A stretch of 64,000 nucleotides of DNA, taken from positions 172 to 64,171 of the forward strand of contig JBBREK010000002.1 in NCBI GenBank assembly GCA_038203025.1, in the 5' to 3' direction. The translations under genes and the position numbers were made by a program. The stretch is from Planctomycetota bacterium. Lineage in GTDB: Bacteria; Planctomycetota; UBA11346. Positions within the stretch are counted from its first letter, which is position 1; each line of letters starts with the position of its first letter. The notes below the pieces were generated by a model. It was not told the origin of the DNA, did no database searches, and was given only the letters and a program-made list of their open reading frames with translations. Positions 42,605-53,137 of the stretch are shown here, piece by piece.

Positions 42605-45169
42605 TCAGCGCGTCAGCATCTCGCTGCCGAGCTTGTCGACCAGGCCCTTGCGCTGGTTGTGCTCGAGGGCGGTGCGGATCTGCTCCCACTCGACCGCCTC
42701 GCCGGCGTCGAGGCGCTGGCGGGCGGCGGCGATGAGCATGTCGTCTTCGCTGACCTGGGCGAGCTGGTCGAGGGCACTGCGCGCGTCGATCAGGCGGCCC
42801 TCGGCCTGCAGCAGCTGCACGGCGTGGCGGTAGCAGCGCGCCGCCATGCGATCGTCACCCAGCCCGGCGGTGACCTCGGCGAGCTGCAGGGCGATGTCGG
42901 GGTCGCGCGGGTGGGCGGCGAACTGCCGCGACAGCAGTTCGACGGCGTGCTCGACCTCGCCGGCTTCCAGCAGGTGGTCGAGCAGTTCGCGGGCGGCGGT
43001 GCGCTCGCCGGCGGCGTCGCCGGCCCGGCGCAGCAACTCGACCAGCTCGGCGCGGGCCTTGAAGCGCTGGTCCTCGGGGACGACCTGCACACGGCGCCGG
43101 GCCAGCTCGACCGCCGAACCGAAGTCGGCGCGGCGGATGGCCAGGCGCAGGGCATCCTGCACCGCCGCCGGCTCATCCTCGTCGGCCATGCCGTGCAGCA
43201 GCTCGGCCAGGCGCAGGCGGGCGACCAGATCGTCGGGACGCAGGGCGGCCAGACGCAGCAGCAGGTCCTTGGCCTGCGCTGCGTCACCGGCGCCGCTGGC
43301 CAGGTCGGCGGCGCGGCGCAACTCGATCTGGGCGACGACGCGGTTGCCCTGGCGCAGCGCCGTCTCGGCGGCGCGCGAGCGCAGGGCGGCCGAGCCGGGC
43401 ACGCGCGCCAGCGCCTCGTCGACCACCAGCTTGGCGGCATCGAGCCGGCCGGCCTCGGTGGCCAGATCGATGGCGCGGCACCAGGCGTCGACCGAGGCGT
43501 CGACCCGGCCGAGGCGGTCGTGCGCCTCGCCGAGCCGGCGCAATAGGTCGATGTCCTCGCCTCCGAGCACGACGATGCGCTCGAGCGTGTCGACCAGCCC
43601 ATGATCGTCACCTGCGGTCTCCTGGCGGTCGGCGATCAGGCGCAGCTGGCGGGTGGCGCCGTCGCGATCGCGGCGCTTGGCGTAGGTCTTGGCCAGCCAG
43701 TCGTGGGCGGTGCCATCGCTGGGCGCCAGCCGGGCGAGCAGCTCCCAGGCCGCGAGCTGGACCTCTTCGGGGGCGTTGCCCGACTTGGGCAGGGCGGCCC
43801 GCAGCACGGTGGAGGCGTCGTCGGTGCGGCCGGCAGCGGCGAGCAACTCGGCGCAGGCGCGCGAGGGTTCGAGGCGGCCGGGCTTCAGCTGCACCAGGGC
43901 GAGCCAGGCCTGGATCGCCTCATCCTTGCGGTCCAATTCGGTGGCCAGGCGGGCGGCCTGCTCATACTGGATGACCGCCTGGGCGACGTCGCCGGCGGCG
44001 GCGGCCAGCCGGCCCATCATCACGCCAGTGACCACCTTGTCGGCGCCGAGCTGCTGCGCCTCGCCAAGCGCCTCCATGGCGCGGGTGCGGTCTCCGCGGT
44101 TCTCGTACAGGCGGACCAGGGCGAGCAGCGCCTCGAGCGTGGCGCGGTCATCGCCGACGGTGAGGTTCAGCGACACCAGCTGGGTCAGCGGCGACTCGGG
44201 GTCAGCGCCCAGGCGCAGGGCGAACTTCAGCGCCTGGATCATCAGCTGCGGCGTCTGCAGGAAGGGCACCGCGGCCAGGCAGTGGGTGGCGGCCGAGCCG
44301 GAGTTGCCGGCCTGCTCGGCGAGGTTGGCGAGCACCTCGCGGATGCGCGCCCCGTCGTGGCCAAGGGCGACGGCGCGCTCAAGGATGCCGTAGGCATCGG
44401 CATTGCGGCCCTGCTCGCGCGCCTGCTCGCCGAGGGCGGCAAGTTCCGCAGCGGTGACCACACGCAGCAGGCCGGCGCGGCGCAGTTCGACCAGGGCGCG
44501 GAGAGCACGGTGCGGCGGCAGCAGCGGATGTGCCAGTAGGTCGCGGCTGGTGGCGGCGCCGCCGCAGCGCTCGAGCAGCAGCTGCTGGTCATCGTCGCTG
44601 GGCGTGGCCGAGGACTGTTCCCGACGCAGCACATCCCAGGCATCGGGGATGAGCTCGCCAAGCTGGGCCCGCTCATCCTGCCGGCGCAGCGCCTCAAGCA
44701 GCAGGGCCGGCGCCGAGAGCACGAAGCCGCACTGGCGCTGGAAGTCGGCCCAGGGGTCGGCCGGCACGTTGGCCATGATGTCGAAGGCGGGTCCGGGCCA
44801 CGACAGCACCGCCGCCATGTCCTCGTCGGAGCACAGGGCCAGCGCCTCGGACAGGGCGTCCGGCTGCAGCTCGCCGCGGGCACGCAGGTGGTTGGCCAGG
44901 GTCGCCGCATCCGGCTCACCGCCGAGGGCGCGCATCGCCTCGCCGACCACCGCCGGGGTGACGGCGCGTGACCAGCACAGCGCCCGGGCGATCTGGCCGC
45001 GCGGCGTGCCGCCCATCGCCACCAGCTGCCCGAACTCCAGGTGCAGGCGGCGTTCGTCGTCGCCGTAGCGGACCTGCAGCACACAGGTGCGCCGGGCCCC
45101 GGCGAGCGACTGGATGACCGAGGGCAGGTCGACCAGCGACGAGACGTTGACCGTGGGGCGGGGCGGCAC
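42605..45169 (-). CDS. DUF4388 (PATAN-like) domain plus TPR-repeat protein
   Basis: N-terminal VNVSSLVDLPSVIQSLAGARRTCVLQVRYGDDERRLHLEFGQLVAMGG is DUF4388-like. It is followed by about 700 aa of TPR-like helical repeats. Confidence 0.7.
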   Translation of the reverse strand: MPPRPTVNVSSLVDLPSVIQSLAGARRTCVLQVRYGDDERRLHLEFGQLVAMGGTPRGQIARALCWSRAVTPAVVGEAMRALGGEPDAATLANHLRARGELQPDALSEALALCSDEDMAAVLSWPGPAFDIMANVPADPWADFQRQCGFVLSAPALLLEALRRQDERAQLGELIPDAWDVLRREQSSATPSDDDQQLLLERCGGAATSRDLLAHPLLPPHRALRALVELRRAGLLRVVTAAELAALGEQAREQGRNADAYGILERAVALGHDGARIREVLANLAEQAGNSGSAATHCLAAVPFLQTPQLMIQALKFALRLGADPESPLTQLVSLNLTVGDDRATLEALLALVRLYENRGDRTRAMEALGEAQQLGADKVVTGVMMGRLAAAAGDVAQAVIQYEQAARLATELDRKDEAIQAWLALVQLKPGRLEPSRACAELLAAAGRTDDASTVLRAALPKSGNAPEEVQLAAWELLARLAPSDGTAHDWLAKTYAKRRDRDGATRQLRLIADRQETAGDDHGLVDTLERIVVLGGEDIDLLRRLGEAHDRLGRVDASVDAWCRAIDLATEAGRLDAAKLVVDEALARVPGSAALRSRAAETALRQGNRVVAQIELRRAADLASGAGDAAQAKDLLLRLAALRPDDLVARLRLAELLHGMADEDEPAAVQDALRLAIRRADFGSAVELARRRVQVVPEDQRFKARAELVELLRRAGDAAGERTAARELLDHLLEAGEVEHAVELLSRQFAAHPRDPDIALQLAEVTAGLGDDRMAARCYRHAVQLLQAEGRLIDARSALDQLAQVSEDDMLIAAARQRLDAGEAVEWEQIRTALEHNQRKGLVDKLGSEMLTR

Positions 45170-45274
45170 GTTTCTGTTGTAGCATCACTTTGCAGCCGTC
45201 CACAGGGGTGCCGGCCGCCGGCCGCGCGGGTGGCGGTCACGCGCCCGCCGGCTAACCTGCCGCGCGGAGCCACC

Positions 45275-47467
45275 ATGCCCCTGTCTGCCGACACCGTCGA
45301 GGCCCTGCGCGAGGCCCGCCTGGGCGATCCCTTCAGTGTCCTCGGACTGCACCCCGAGGGCGGGACGCTGCACGCCCGCGCCTGGCTGCGCGGGGTCGGC
45401 GCCGACAGCACGGTGAGCGTGGTGCGGCGCGACAACGGTAAGCGCTATGCTCTCAGCCTGCGCCACGCCGACGGGCTGTTCGAAGGCGCCATCCCCGGCG
45501 CCACCGAGCGCTTCGCCTACGACCTGGCGATCACCGGCAAGGATGGCGCCGAGCGCTTGCTGCCGGACACCTACGCCTTCTGGCCGCAGCTGGCCGACTA
45601 CGATCTCGGCCTGTTCCAGGCCGGGCACCACTGCAACCTCGGCGAGGTACTGGGGGCACATGCCGTCACCGTCGACGGCATCGCCGGAGTGCGCTTCGCG
45701 GTGTGGGCCCCGACCGCCGAGCGCGTCTCGGTGGTGGGCGACTGGAACGGCTTCGACGGCCGCTGGCACGTCATGCGTCCGCGTGTGCCCTACGGCGTGT
45801 GGGAGATCTTCATCCCCGGGATCAAGCCCGGGATGCTCTACAAGTACGAGATCCGCGCCGCCGGTGGCGTCCTGCGCACCAAGGCCGACCCCTATGCGCT
45901 GCAGGCCGAGCGTCCGCCGGCCACCGCCTCGATCGTCGCCATGCCCGACCGCTTCGCCTGGAGCGACGGCACCTGGATGCAGACCCGACTGGGCCGCGAC
46001 CCGGTCGACGGGCCGATGTCGATCTTCGAGGTGTGCATTGGCTCGTGGAAGCGAGGCCAGGAGCCCGAGGCGTGGCCGAACTGGCGCGTGCTGGCACAGC
46101 AGCTCATCCCCTACGTTACCGGCCTCGGCTACACCCATCTCGAACTGCTGCCGATCGCCCACCACCCCTACGAGGGCAGCTGGGGCTACCAGGTCACCGG
46201 CCAGTACGCGCCCAACGCGCGCCATGGCTCGCCCGACGACCTGCGCTTCTTCATCGACCGATGCCACGCCGCCGGCCTCGGCGTCATCGTCGATTTCGTC
46301 CCCGGGCACTTCCCCAAGGACGACTTCGCTCTGGCCCGCTTCGACGGCGGCTGCTGCTACGAGTACGAGGATCCGCGCGAGGGCGAGCACAAGAGCTGGG
46401 GCACCTGCGTCTTCAACTTCCGCCGCCCGGAGGTGCGCAACTTCCTGGTCGCAGCGGCGCTGCACTGGTGCCGCAGCTACCACATCGACGGCCTGCGCGT
46501 CGACGCGGTCGCCTCGATGCTCTACCGCAACTACGACCGCGAGCCTGGGGAGTGGGTACCCAACGACGACGGCGGCAATAGCAACGACGAGGCCAAGAGT
46601 CTGCTCCAGGAGCTGACCGCGTCCGTGCGCCGCGAATTCGCCGGCGTCGTGCTGTGCGCCGAGGAGTCGACCGCCTGGGCCGGCGTCACCGCGCCGACCG
46701 ACATGCAGGGCCTCGGCTTCCACCTCAAGTGGAACATGGGCTGGATGCACGACAGCCTCGGCTATCTCGCCCAGGATCCGGTGATGCGCAGCGGCTGCCA
46801 TAACCGCGCCACCTTCCATCAGTGGTACGCCTACGACGAACGCTGGATCCTGCCGCTGTCGCACGACGAGGTGGTTCACGGCAAGCGTAGCCTGATCGAC
46901 AAGATGCCAGGCGACTGGTGGCAGCGCCGCGCCCAGCTGCGCCTGCTGCTCGGCTACCAGGTGGCGGTGCCCGGCCGGCCGTTGCTGTTCATGGGCGGCG
47001 AATTCGGCCAGGGCCGCGAGTGGGACTGGCAGCGCAACCTCGACTGGCACGAGGCCGCCGAGCCCGACCGCGCCGGCATCTTCGCCTTCCTGCGCGAGGT
47101 CCTGCATCTCTACAAGGGCAAGCCGGCCCTGCATGCGCACGACGACCGCCGTGACGGCTTCCAGTGGGTCGACTGCGAGAACTGGCAGGAGTCGACCCTG
47201 GCCTTCCTGCGCAAGTGCCCTGGCCAGCGCGACATCCTGGTGGCGATCAACTTCACCCCGAGGCCGCGCACCGACTACCCGCTGGGGGTGTGGAATGCCG
47301 GACCATGGAAGCGCCTGGTGAGCAGCGACGAGACCCGCTTCGGGGGCAGCGGTCTGGTCGACGCCGCCGAGATGACCGCCTACCCTGAACCGCGCAGCGC
47401 CTTCCCCTGCACCCTGCGCCTGACCCTGCCTCCGCTCGGCATCGCCTTCTGGGAGGCACCGGGGTGA
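45275..47467 (+). CDS. glgB: 1,4-alpha-glucan branching enzyme
   Basis: MPLSADTVEALREARLGDPFSVLGLHP...GVRFAVWAPTAERVSVVGDWNGFDGRWHVMR...GVIVDFVPGHFPKD...IDGLRVDAVASMLY...EESTAW...PLSHDEVVHGK. Confidence 0.95.
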   Translation: MPLSADTVEALREARLGDPFSVLGLHPEGGTLHARAWLRGVGADSTVSVVRRDNGKRYALSLRHADGLFEGAIPGATERFAYDLAITGKDGAERLLPDTYAFWPQLADYDLGLFQAGHHCNLGEVLGAHAVTVDGIAGVRFAVWAPTAERVSVVGDWNGFDGRWHVMRPRVPYGVWEIFIPGIKPGMLYKYEIRAAGGVLRTKADPYALQAERPPATASIVAMPDRFAWSDGTWMQTRLGRDPVDGPMSIFEVCIGSWKRGQEPEAWPNWRVLAQQLIPYVTGLGYTHLELLPIAHHPYEGSWGYQVTGQYAPNARHGSPDDLRFFIDRCHAAGLGVIVDFVPGHFPKDDFALARFDGGCCYEYEDPREGEHKSWGTCVFNFRRPEVRNFLVAAALHWCRSYHIDGLRVDAVASMLYRNYDREPGEWVPNDDGGNSNDEAKSLLQELTASVRREFAGVVLCAEESTAWAGVTAPTDMQGLGFHLKWNMGWMHDSLGYLAQDPVMRSGCHNRATFHQWYAYDERWILPLSHDEVVHGKRSLIDKMPGDWWQRRAQLRLLLGYQVAVPGRPLLFMGGEFGQGREWDWQRNLDWHEAAEPDRAGIFAFLREVLHLYKGKPALHAHDDRRDGFQWVDCENWQESTLAFLRKCPGQRDILVAINFTPRPRTDYPLGVWNAGPWKRLVSSDETRFGGSGLVDAAEMTAYPEPRSAFPCTLRLTLPPLGIAFWEAPG

Positions 47468-47475
47468 CCATGCGG

Positions 47476-47489
47476 CTGCCACGTGGCAG
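47476..47489. repeat. perfect 14-bp palindrome CTGCCACGTGGCAG
   Basis: Read directly, 9 nt after the glgB stop. Confidence 0.8.
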
Positions 47490-47502
47490 GTGCTATGTCA
47501 CC

Positions 47503-47664
<162 letters not shown>

Positions 47665-47676
47665 AGTCTCACCTGC

Positions 47677-49341
47677 CTGTTACTGCTGCTGGCCGTCGCC
47701 GCTCCCGCCGCCGAGTCCGCCCGCGTCATCCGCGGCCCCTGGTGGTGGCACGCTGCCGACGGTGCGCCGCATGTCGGCGTCGCCGTCGCCGGCCCCGCGG
47801 AGATCCCGTCGCAAGCCACCCTGGACGGCCGCAGCATCCCCCTGACTGGCGAGCTCAGGCCGCTTCCCGCCGCCAACGATGGGGCAGATGGCGTCGTCGT
47901 CCTGCATCTGCCCGTGGGCTGCGCCGGCGCACTGCGCCTCGAGCTCGCCGGGGCGGTGATGACGATGCGCCTGCGTCCGCCGCCGGCCGCCAATGCGCCG
48001 GCCCGCCTCGCCCTGGCGGGCGGCCGGGCGTGGCCGGATCGCGTCATGCTCGACGCCCTTGGCCGGGCCATGGGTGGCCCTGCACAACTGGTCCTGGCGC
48101 TGGGCGCCGGCGTGCCGGCCCGCCTCGGTACCGGCGGCTGGGAATCCGACATACCGATTGCGGTGGTCGCACCTGCCGATCCCGCCCTGGCCGCCTGCAG
48201 CGGCGGCGACGATGCCGCCTGGCGGCACGGCTTGCGCCTCGGCCTGCTCGGCCTGCCCGCCTCGCCCGACCGTGCCCGCGCCGATCTGGCCCTGGCCCGC
48301 GATCTCAGCCCGTGGCTGGTCTATCTCGACGCCCCGGCCGGCTGGGATCCCGCGATCAGCGAACGCCGGCCGTCCGATCCGAGCGGGCTCGGCGTGCTGC
48401 TCGCCGCCTGCCAGCGGCTGAAAGTGCCGCTGGCGCTGGGTGCCGGCGCGTCCGGATTCGTCTCCGAACCGCTGGCCATGCAAGCCGGCGGCAGCGTCGG
48501 CATCGCCGCGGGTGGCGTGCGCTACGTACTGCCCACACCGGCGGCCGACCAGGGACTGGGCCGGCTGCCGTCCGAGATCGCCCTGCCCCTCGAACAGCCG
48601 ATGCTCGCCGGCCTGGCCGCCACCATCGACGAACTGCGTCTGCTGATCGTCCATCCCGGCGAGGCCGAGCCGGTGCATCTCGATTGGCGGCGGAGCGAGG
48701 ACGGCGAGGCGGCGAAGGCGTCAGCGTTGCGTCAACTGGTGACCGCGGCCGAGAGCCTGGACACGCCCGAGATGCGTCAGGCGATCGCCACGTGGACCTG
48801 GTTGACGCGCCAAGACCTGTCCGCCGCCATGCCCGACGCCGAGCAGATCGCCCGCCTGCGCGACGAGGGCGGCTCCCAGGGCCGGACCCTGGCCCGACGC
48901 CTGGCGCTGATCGCCCTCGATGACCCCCAGGTCGCGGCGGTGCCCGGCGATGCCGATCCGCTCGTCGCCCGCGACCATCTGCTGTGGAAGCTGGCCACGG
49001 TGCGCGGGGGCGACGCCATCAGCTGGCGCGACCAGGCGGCCGCCACCACCGACCCGGTGGTGCTGCGCGCTTTGCTCGCCGACCTGGCGCGGGACGAGGA
49101 GCGCACCGTGCTGCCGGCCCTGGTCGCGCGAGTCGCCCTGCAGGCGGCAGGCACCCTGCCGCTGGACCCCGACCCGATCGACGAACACAACCTGTGCGCC
49201 GCGGTGTTCGACGACGTGCATCTCAGCCCGACCCCGCTGCGGCCGTGGGCGCTGATCCTGCGCGACCAGGTCGATCCGCTGGCGCGCGGGCCGATCGAGC
49301 GGTTCCTTGAACGGCACGGCGAGATGCGCCCGGTGCCGTAG
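47677..49341 (+). CDS. hypothetical secreted protein (start uncertain)
   Basis: 625-aa track ORF from 47464. The only signal-peptide-like segment (FSLTCLLLLLAVAAPAAESA) begins right after the hairpin element, with no ATG/GTG/TTG nearby, so CTG 47677 is used as a placeholder. No family recognised. Confidence 0.4.
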   Translation: MLLLLAVAAPAAESARVIRGPWWWHAADGAPHVGVAVAGPAEIPSQATLDGRSIPLTGELRPLPAANDGADGVVVLHLPVGCAGALRLELAGAVMTMRLRPPPAANAPARLALAGGRAWPDRVMLDALGRAMGGPAQLVLALGAGVPARLGTGGWESDIPIAVVAPADPALAACSGGDDAAWRHGLRLGLLGLPASPDRARADLALARDLSPWLVYLDAPAGWDPAISERRPSDPSGLGVLLAACQRLKVPLALGAGASGFVSEPLAMQAGGSVGIAAGGVRYVLPTPAADQGLGRLPSEIALPLEQPMLAGLAATIDELRLLIVHPGEAEPVHLDWRRSEDGEAAKASALRQLVTAAESLDTPEMRQAIATWTWLTRQDLSAAMPDAEQIARLRDEGGSQGRTLARRLALIALDDPQVAAVPGDADPLVARDHLLWKLATVRGGDAISWRDQAAATTDPVVLRALLADLARDEERTVLPALVARVALQAAGTLPLDPDPIDEHNLCAAVFDDVHLSPTPLRPWALILRDQVDPLARGPIERFLERHGEMRPVP

Positions 49342-49345
49342 GCGT

Positions 49346-51238
49346 TCAGGCCAGCGGCAGCGTCAGCACCGCCTCGACCCCGCCATCGCCCGCCTCGTCC
49401 AGGCGCAGGTCGCCGCCCTGGGCGCGGGCCAGGCGGCGGCACAAGGCCAGGCCGAGGCCGACGCCCGGAGCGCTACCGGCGGCGGCCTCGGCGCTGCGGG
49501 CGAAGGGCCGGAACAGCCGCGCCCGCACATCGGCGGCGAGGCCCGGACCGCGGTCACGCAGGCGCAGCTCGACCACGCCGCGGCCGAGCAGGGCGTCTAA
49601 CCGCACCAGGCCGGTGCCGCTAGCGTACTTGGCGGCGTTGTCGGCGAGGTTGAGCAGGATGCGCTCGACAGCGGACGGATCGCAGCGCACCGCCCAGGGC
49701 GAGGCCTCGGCCACGACCAGCTCCAGGCCGGCGGCGGCGAGGCGCGCCGACAGGCGCGGGACCAGCGGCACCAGCAACTCGGCCAGGGCCACGGCGCGGG
49801 GCTCCGGCGGACGGCGGCGCTCCAGTCGGGCGTAGTCGAGCACGTTGTCGATCAGGTGCGCCAGTCGGCCGGCTTCGGCGCGCAGCACCTGCACGCGCTG
49901 GCCGCGCAGGACGGGGTCACCGGCGACGCGAGCGTCGGCCAGCAGGTCGGCGTGCAGGCGCAAGGCGGTGAGTGGCGTGCGCAACTCGTGGGTCACGGCG
50001 CTGACAAAGACGGCGCGGCGCTCGGCCAGGCGCTGCGCAGCGATCAGCAGGCCCGCGGCGCCAGCGATGCCGGCGAGCAGCGCGCCCCAGGCCAGCCCCA
50101 GCGTCCAGCGCGCCGCCGAGGTCAGCGGTACCTCGGACAATAGCCCGGGATCAAGGCGGATGGGCAGGGCGGCGAGGCAGCGCTCCGGCGGATCGCCAGA
50201 CGCGCGCGGCAGCAGGCGGGCCTGTGGCAGCAGGTCGGCGAGGCTGGTGACGAGGTGCCCACGCAACTCGTCCCAGCGCAGTACCGTCGCCTGCAGCTCC
50301 TCGCGGCCATCGATGCGGGCCCGGCGCGCCAGCAGCAGCCAGTCCGTCCCCGCCCAGCGCGCCTCGACCAGTCCGACGGCACTGGCATGCACGATGGACG
50401 GTGGCGTCGTGGGCACCGACGCAGCAGCAGCAACAGCAACAGCAGCCGGGACGGGGGCGACCGGCGGCGCTACCTTGGCTGCCCGCTCGGGCAATGGCGA
50501 CGCCTGGCTTTTCCCCGCCTGCTTGCGGAAGCTCAGGCTGCTGCCGTTGTCGCTTTGGGCCATGCGCTGGGCCTCGGCGACGTTGCTGGCGCGACTACGG
50601 TATTCGTCCTCGCCGGAGGATGTCGGCAGCGCCTGCCGCTTCGGCTCGACGACCGACTCGTCCCGATCCCTGGGCCGATCCGCCGCGGCCTGGACAGTGG
50701 GCGGCGGCGCAGTCTCAAGCACAGGCATGGTAATCGAATCTGCCGAGCTGGGTGGGGCGGGCAGGCCAGCGAGCAGCCGGGCGGGGTCGCTACCGAGCAC
50801 ACTGCGCAGGCCGGCAAAACGCCGCTCGGCCTCGGCCAGGTCGGCGGCCTCGACCAGGCCGGCAAGGGCGAGGCCGCGTTCGCGACCGACCGGCAGCTGC
50901 GGCGAAGTCAGTTCGCCGTCGCACAGGCGCAGATGCAGGTGCAGGGGCGGCGCGGGCAGCCCAAGCAGCGGCGACGGCAGGAGGACCCGGCCGGTACGCG
51001 TCAGGCGCTCGCCGAAGGCCTCGCTGGTCGACCAGAACGAGCGGTAGGATTCCGGCGCCCGGCTGGCCTCGCCGACCACCAGGGCGGTGGCACGGGCGTC
51101 GAGGCGCCACAGCGCCAGGCGCAGGACCTCGCCCTCGGCGCGCTCGTGCTCGCCGCGCAGTACGGCGCGAGTCAGCAGCAGCCCGGCGGCGAGCAGCGGC
51201 ACGGCCACCATGAGGAGGACAAGCAGGCGCCAGCGCAT
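49346..51238 (-). CDS. sensor histidine kinase
   Basis: Internal ATG (MRWRLLVLLMVAVPLLAAGLLL). HisKA H-box VSAVTHELRTPLTAL. HATPase_c region (DNAAKY, GPGL, GVGLGLALCRRLA). Confidence 0.85.
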   Translation of the reverse strand: MRWRLLVLLMVAVPLLAAGLLLTRAVLRGEHERAEGEVLRLALWRLDARATALVVGEASRAPESYRSFWSTSEAFGERLTRTGRVLLPSPLLGLPAPPLHLHLRLCDGELTSPQLPVGRERGLALAGLVEAADLAEAERRFAGLRSVLGSDPARLLAGLPAPPSSADSITMPVLETAPPPTVQAAADRPRDRDESVVEPKRQALPTSSGEDEYRSRASNVAEAQRMAQSDNGSSLSFRKQAGKSQASPLPERAAKVAPPVAPVPAAVAVAAAASVPTTPPSIVHASAVGLVEARWAGTDWLLLARRARIDGREELQATVLRWDELRGHLVTSLADLLPQARLLPRASGDPPERCLAALPIRLDPGLLSEVPLTSAARWTLGLAWGALLAGIAGAAGLLIAAQRLAERRAVFVSAVTHELRTPLTALRLHADLLADARVAGDPVLRGQRVQVLRAEAGRLAHLIDNVLDYARLERRRPPEPRAVALAELLVPLVPRLSARLAAAGLELVVAEASPWAVRCDPSAVERILLNLADNAAKYASGTGLVRLDALLGRGVVELRLRDRGPGLAADVRARLFRPFARSAEAAAGSAPGVGLGLALCRRLARAQGGDLRLDEAGDGGVEAVLTLPLA

Positions 51239-51239
51239 G

Positions 51240-51935
51240 TCAGTCGGCACCCAGGCGGTAGCCGATGCCGCGCACCGTGACGATGAGTCGCGCCCCCAGC
51301 GCGGCGCCGCCGAGCTTGTCGCGTAATCGCGCCACCAGCATGTCGACGGCGCGGCTGCCAAGATCGACCCCGCCTCCCTTCCACAACAGGCTGTGCAATT
51401 CCTCGCGCGGCACCACGCGCTCGCGGCGTTCGGCGAGCAGGCGTAGCAGCCCGGCCTCCTGCTCGGTCAGCTCGACGATCGCGCCATCGGCCAGCCGGGC
51501 GGAACGCCGGCCGAGGTCGAGCTCCAGCCCGGGCAGGCGCAGCAACGCCGGCGTCGGCGCCGCCTTGGCCCCGGCCCGGCGCAGCACCGCCTCGACCCGC
51601 GCCAACAGCTCGTCGCCGCCGAAGGGTTTGACCACATAGTCGTCGGCCCCGCCCTTCAGCCCGCGCACGCGGTCCTGCTCGGCACCGCGGGCGGTGAGGA
51701 TGATCACCGGCAGGGCCGGCCGCTGCTGGCGCAGCGCGGCAAGGATGTCGAGGCCGTCGCCGCCCGGCATGACCAGGTCAAGCAGCACCAGATCGACATC
51801 CATGCCCAACGCAGCCCGCCGCCCGGTCGGGAAGTCGGCGGCCTGGCTGACGCGAAATCCGGCCAGCTCAAGGATCGCCACCACCCCGCTGCGGATGGCG
51901 TGATCGTCTTCGACAATGAGCAGGTGGCCGCGCAC
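51240..51935 (-). CDS. OmpR/PhoB-family response regulator
   Basis: GTG start. LLIVEDDHAIRSGV...DLVLLDLVMPGGDG...DDYVVKPF is the receiver. LTEQEAGLLRLLAERRERVVPREEL...RAVDMLVARLRDKL...VRGIGYRL is the winged helix. Confidence 0.9.
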   Translation of the reverse strand: MRGHLLIVEDDHAIRSGVVAILELAGFRVSQAADFPTGRRAALGMDVDLVLLDLVMPGGDGLDILAALRQQRPALPVIILTARGAEQDRVRGLKGGADDYVVKPFGGDELLARVEAVLRRAGAKAAPTPALLRLPGLELDLGRRSARLADGAIVELTEQEAGLLRLLAERRERVVPREELHSLLWKGGGVDLGSRAVDMLVARLRDKLGGAALGARLIVTVRGIGYRLGAD

Positions 51936-51993
51936 GGGATTCAGGGTGTCTTGCCGAAGCCCGGGGTTAAGCGAGATCCAGGCGCTGGACCGG

Positions 51994-53109
51994 TCACTTG
52001 AAACCTTTCTTTCCGGCTTGTTCGGCGATCGTCGTGCGCATCGCCTGGCCGAGCGTCTGCGTGCCGGACGCATCGGCGAGCTTCTTCTCTTCCGCGGCGA
52101 CGAAGACGGCGCGCTCGGCCGCCAGTTTGGCGATCTCGGCCTGGACCGCCTTGCGTTCGGCGCCCTTCTTGGCGACCGCCTCCTGCAGTTGTGCTGCGTC
52201 GAGTCCGCGCAGTTCTGCCGGCAGATCACTCTTGTCCACGGTGGACAGTTCGACCTTCTTGTCCTCCAGCGCGTCCACCAGATCCCAGCTGGAGTTGCGG
52301 TAAGCCGCTCCTGCTTTCGAGGCGATGCGTGCGGAGGCCGCTGCCGGGGCCGAGGCCTGGGCGTTGGCATCCTGGGCAGACTGCCGGGCCCGCATCTCCT
52401 CGCGCTGGTTGCCAAAGGCGAGGTAGGTGGCGTTGAGGCGGGTGTTCAGCTCGGTCAGCTGCGCGTCCTGCGCGGCAGCGATCTGCGGCGTGACCTTGTC
52501 CTGGTCGATGCAGGCGTAGCTGCCGTCGGCTAGACGGGCGCCCTCATCCCACTTGCCGGCGATCCCGGCCTGCGCTGACCCACAATGGATGGTGTTGACC
52601 TGGATGCCCTTGTGGATCGCTTCGGAACAGGCGCTGCGGTAGTCGACCCCGCCCTGGGTGAACGGCTCGTTGCCGGCGATGAAGATCAGCTTGAGGTCCT
52701 CGCGCCGGTCGCTCCAGGCCAGCTGGGTAACCGCGTTGTGGATGACCATTCCGCAGCATTCCGTGCCACCCCCGCCGTTGATCGCGAAGAGCCGCTGCGA
52801 GACCGCGTCGAGGTCGTCGCTGAGCGGAAGCAGCGGTTGGGCCAGGGCCGGGGTGTCGCCGTAGTGGTACAGCGCGACCTGCAGCTGTGGCCGTACGCCA
52901 TCGCGGCTGGTCGCGACCAGCTGGTTGACCACGTCCCAGAGGTGGGCGCGGGCCTGATTGATCAGGCCGTCCATGCTCCCCGAATCATCGAGCAGGATGG
53001 CGATCTGGATGAGCGGGCGTTCGGCCGGCGCGGCGATCCGCGATGCGGTCTCGGCGGTGACGGCCCCGCCGAGCGAGGAGAGGAGGAGGAGGGTGGGGAT
53101 GAGACGCAT
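51994..53109 (-). CDS. secreted von Willebrand factor type A (VWA) domain protein with C-terminal coiled-coil region
   Basis: Internal ATG. Signal peptide MRLIPTLLLLSSLGGAVTAE. MIDAS-like ILLDDSGSMDG. Confidence 0.8.
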   Translation of the reverse strand: MRLIPTLLLLSSLGGAVTAETASRIAAPAERPLIQIAILLDDSGSMDGLINQARAHLWDVVNQLVATSRDGVRPQLQVALYHYGDTPALAQPLLPLSDDLDAVSQRLFAINGGGGTECCGMVIHNAVTQLAWSDRREDLKLIFIAGNEPFTQGGVDYRSACSEAIHKGIQVNTIHCGSAQAGIAGKWDEGARLADGSYACIDQDKVTPQIAAAQDAQLTELNTRLNATYLAFGNQREEMRARQSAQDANAQASAPAAASARIASKAGAAYRNSSWDLVDALEDKKVELSTVDKSDLPAELRGLDAAQLQEAVAKKGAERKAVQAEIAKLAAERAVFVAAEEKKLADASGTQTLGQAMRTTIAEQAGKKGFK

Positions 53110-53137
53110 GATGGACTCCGGGGCTTGGATGGGGGAT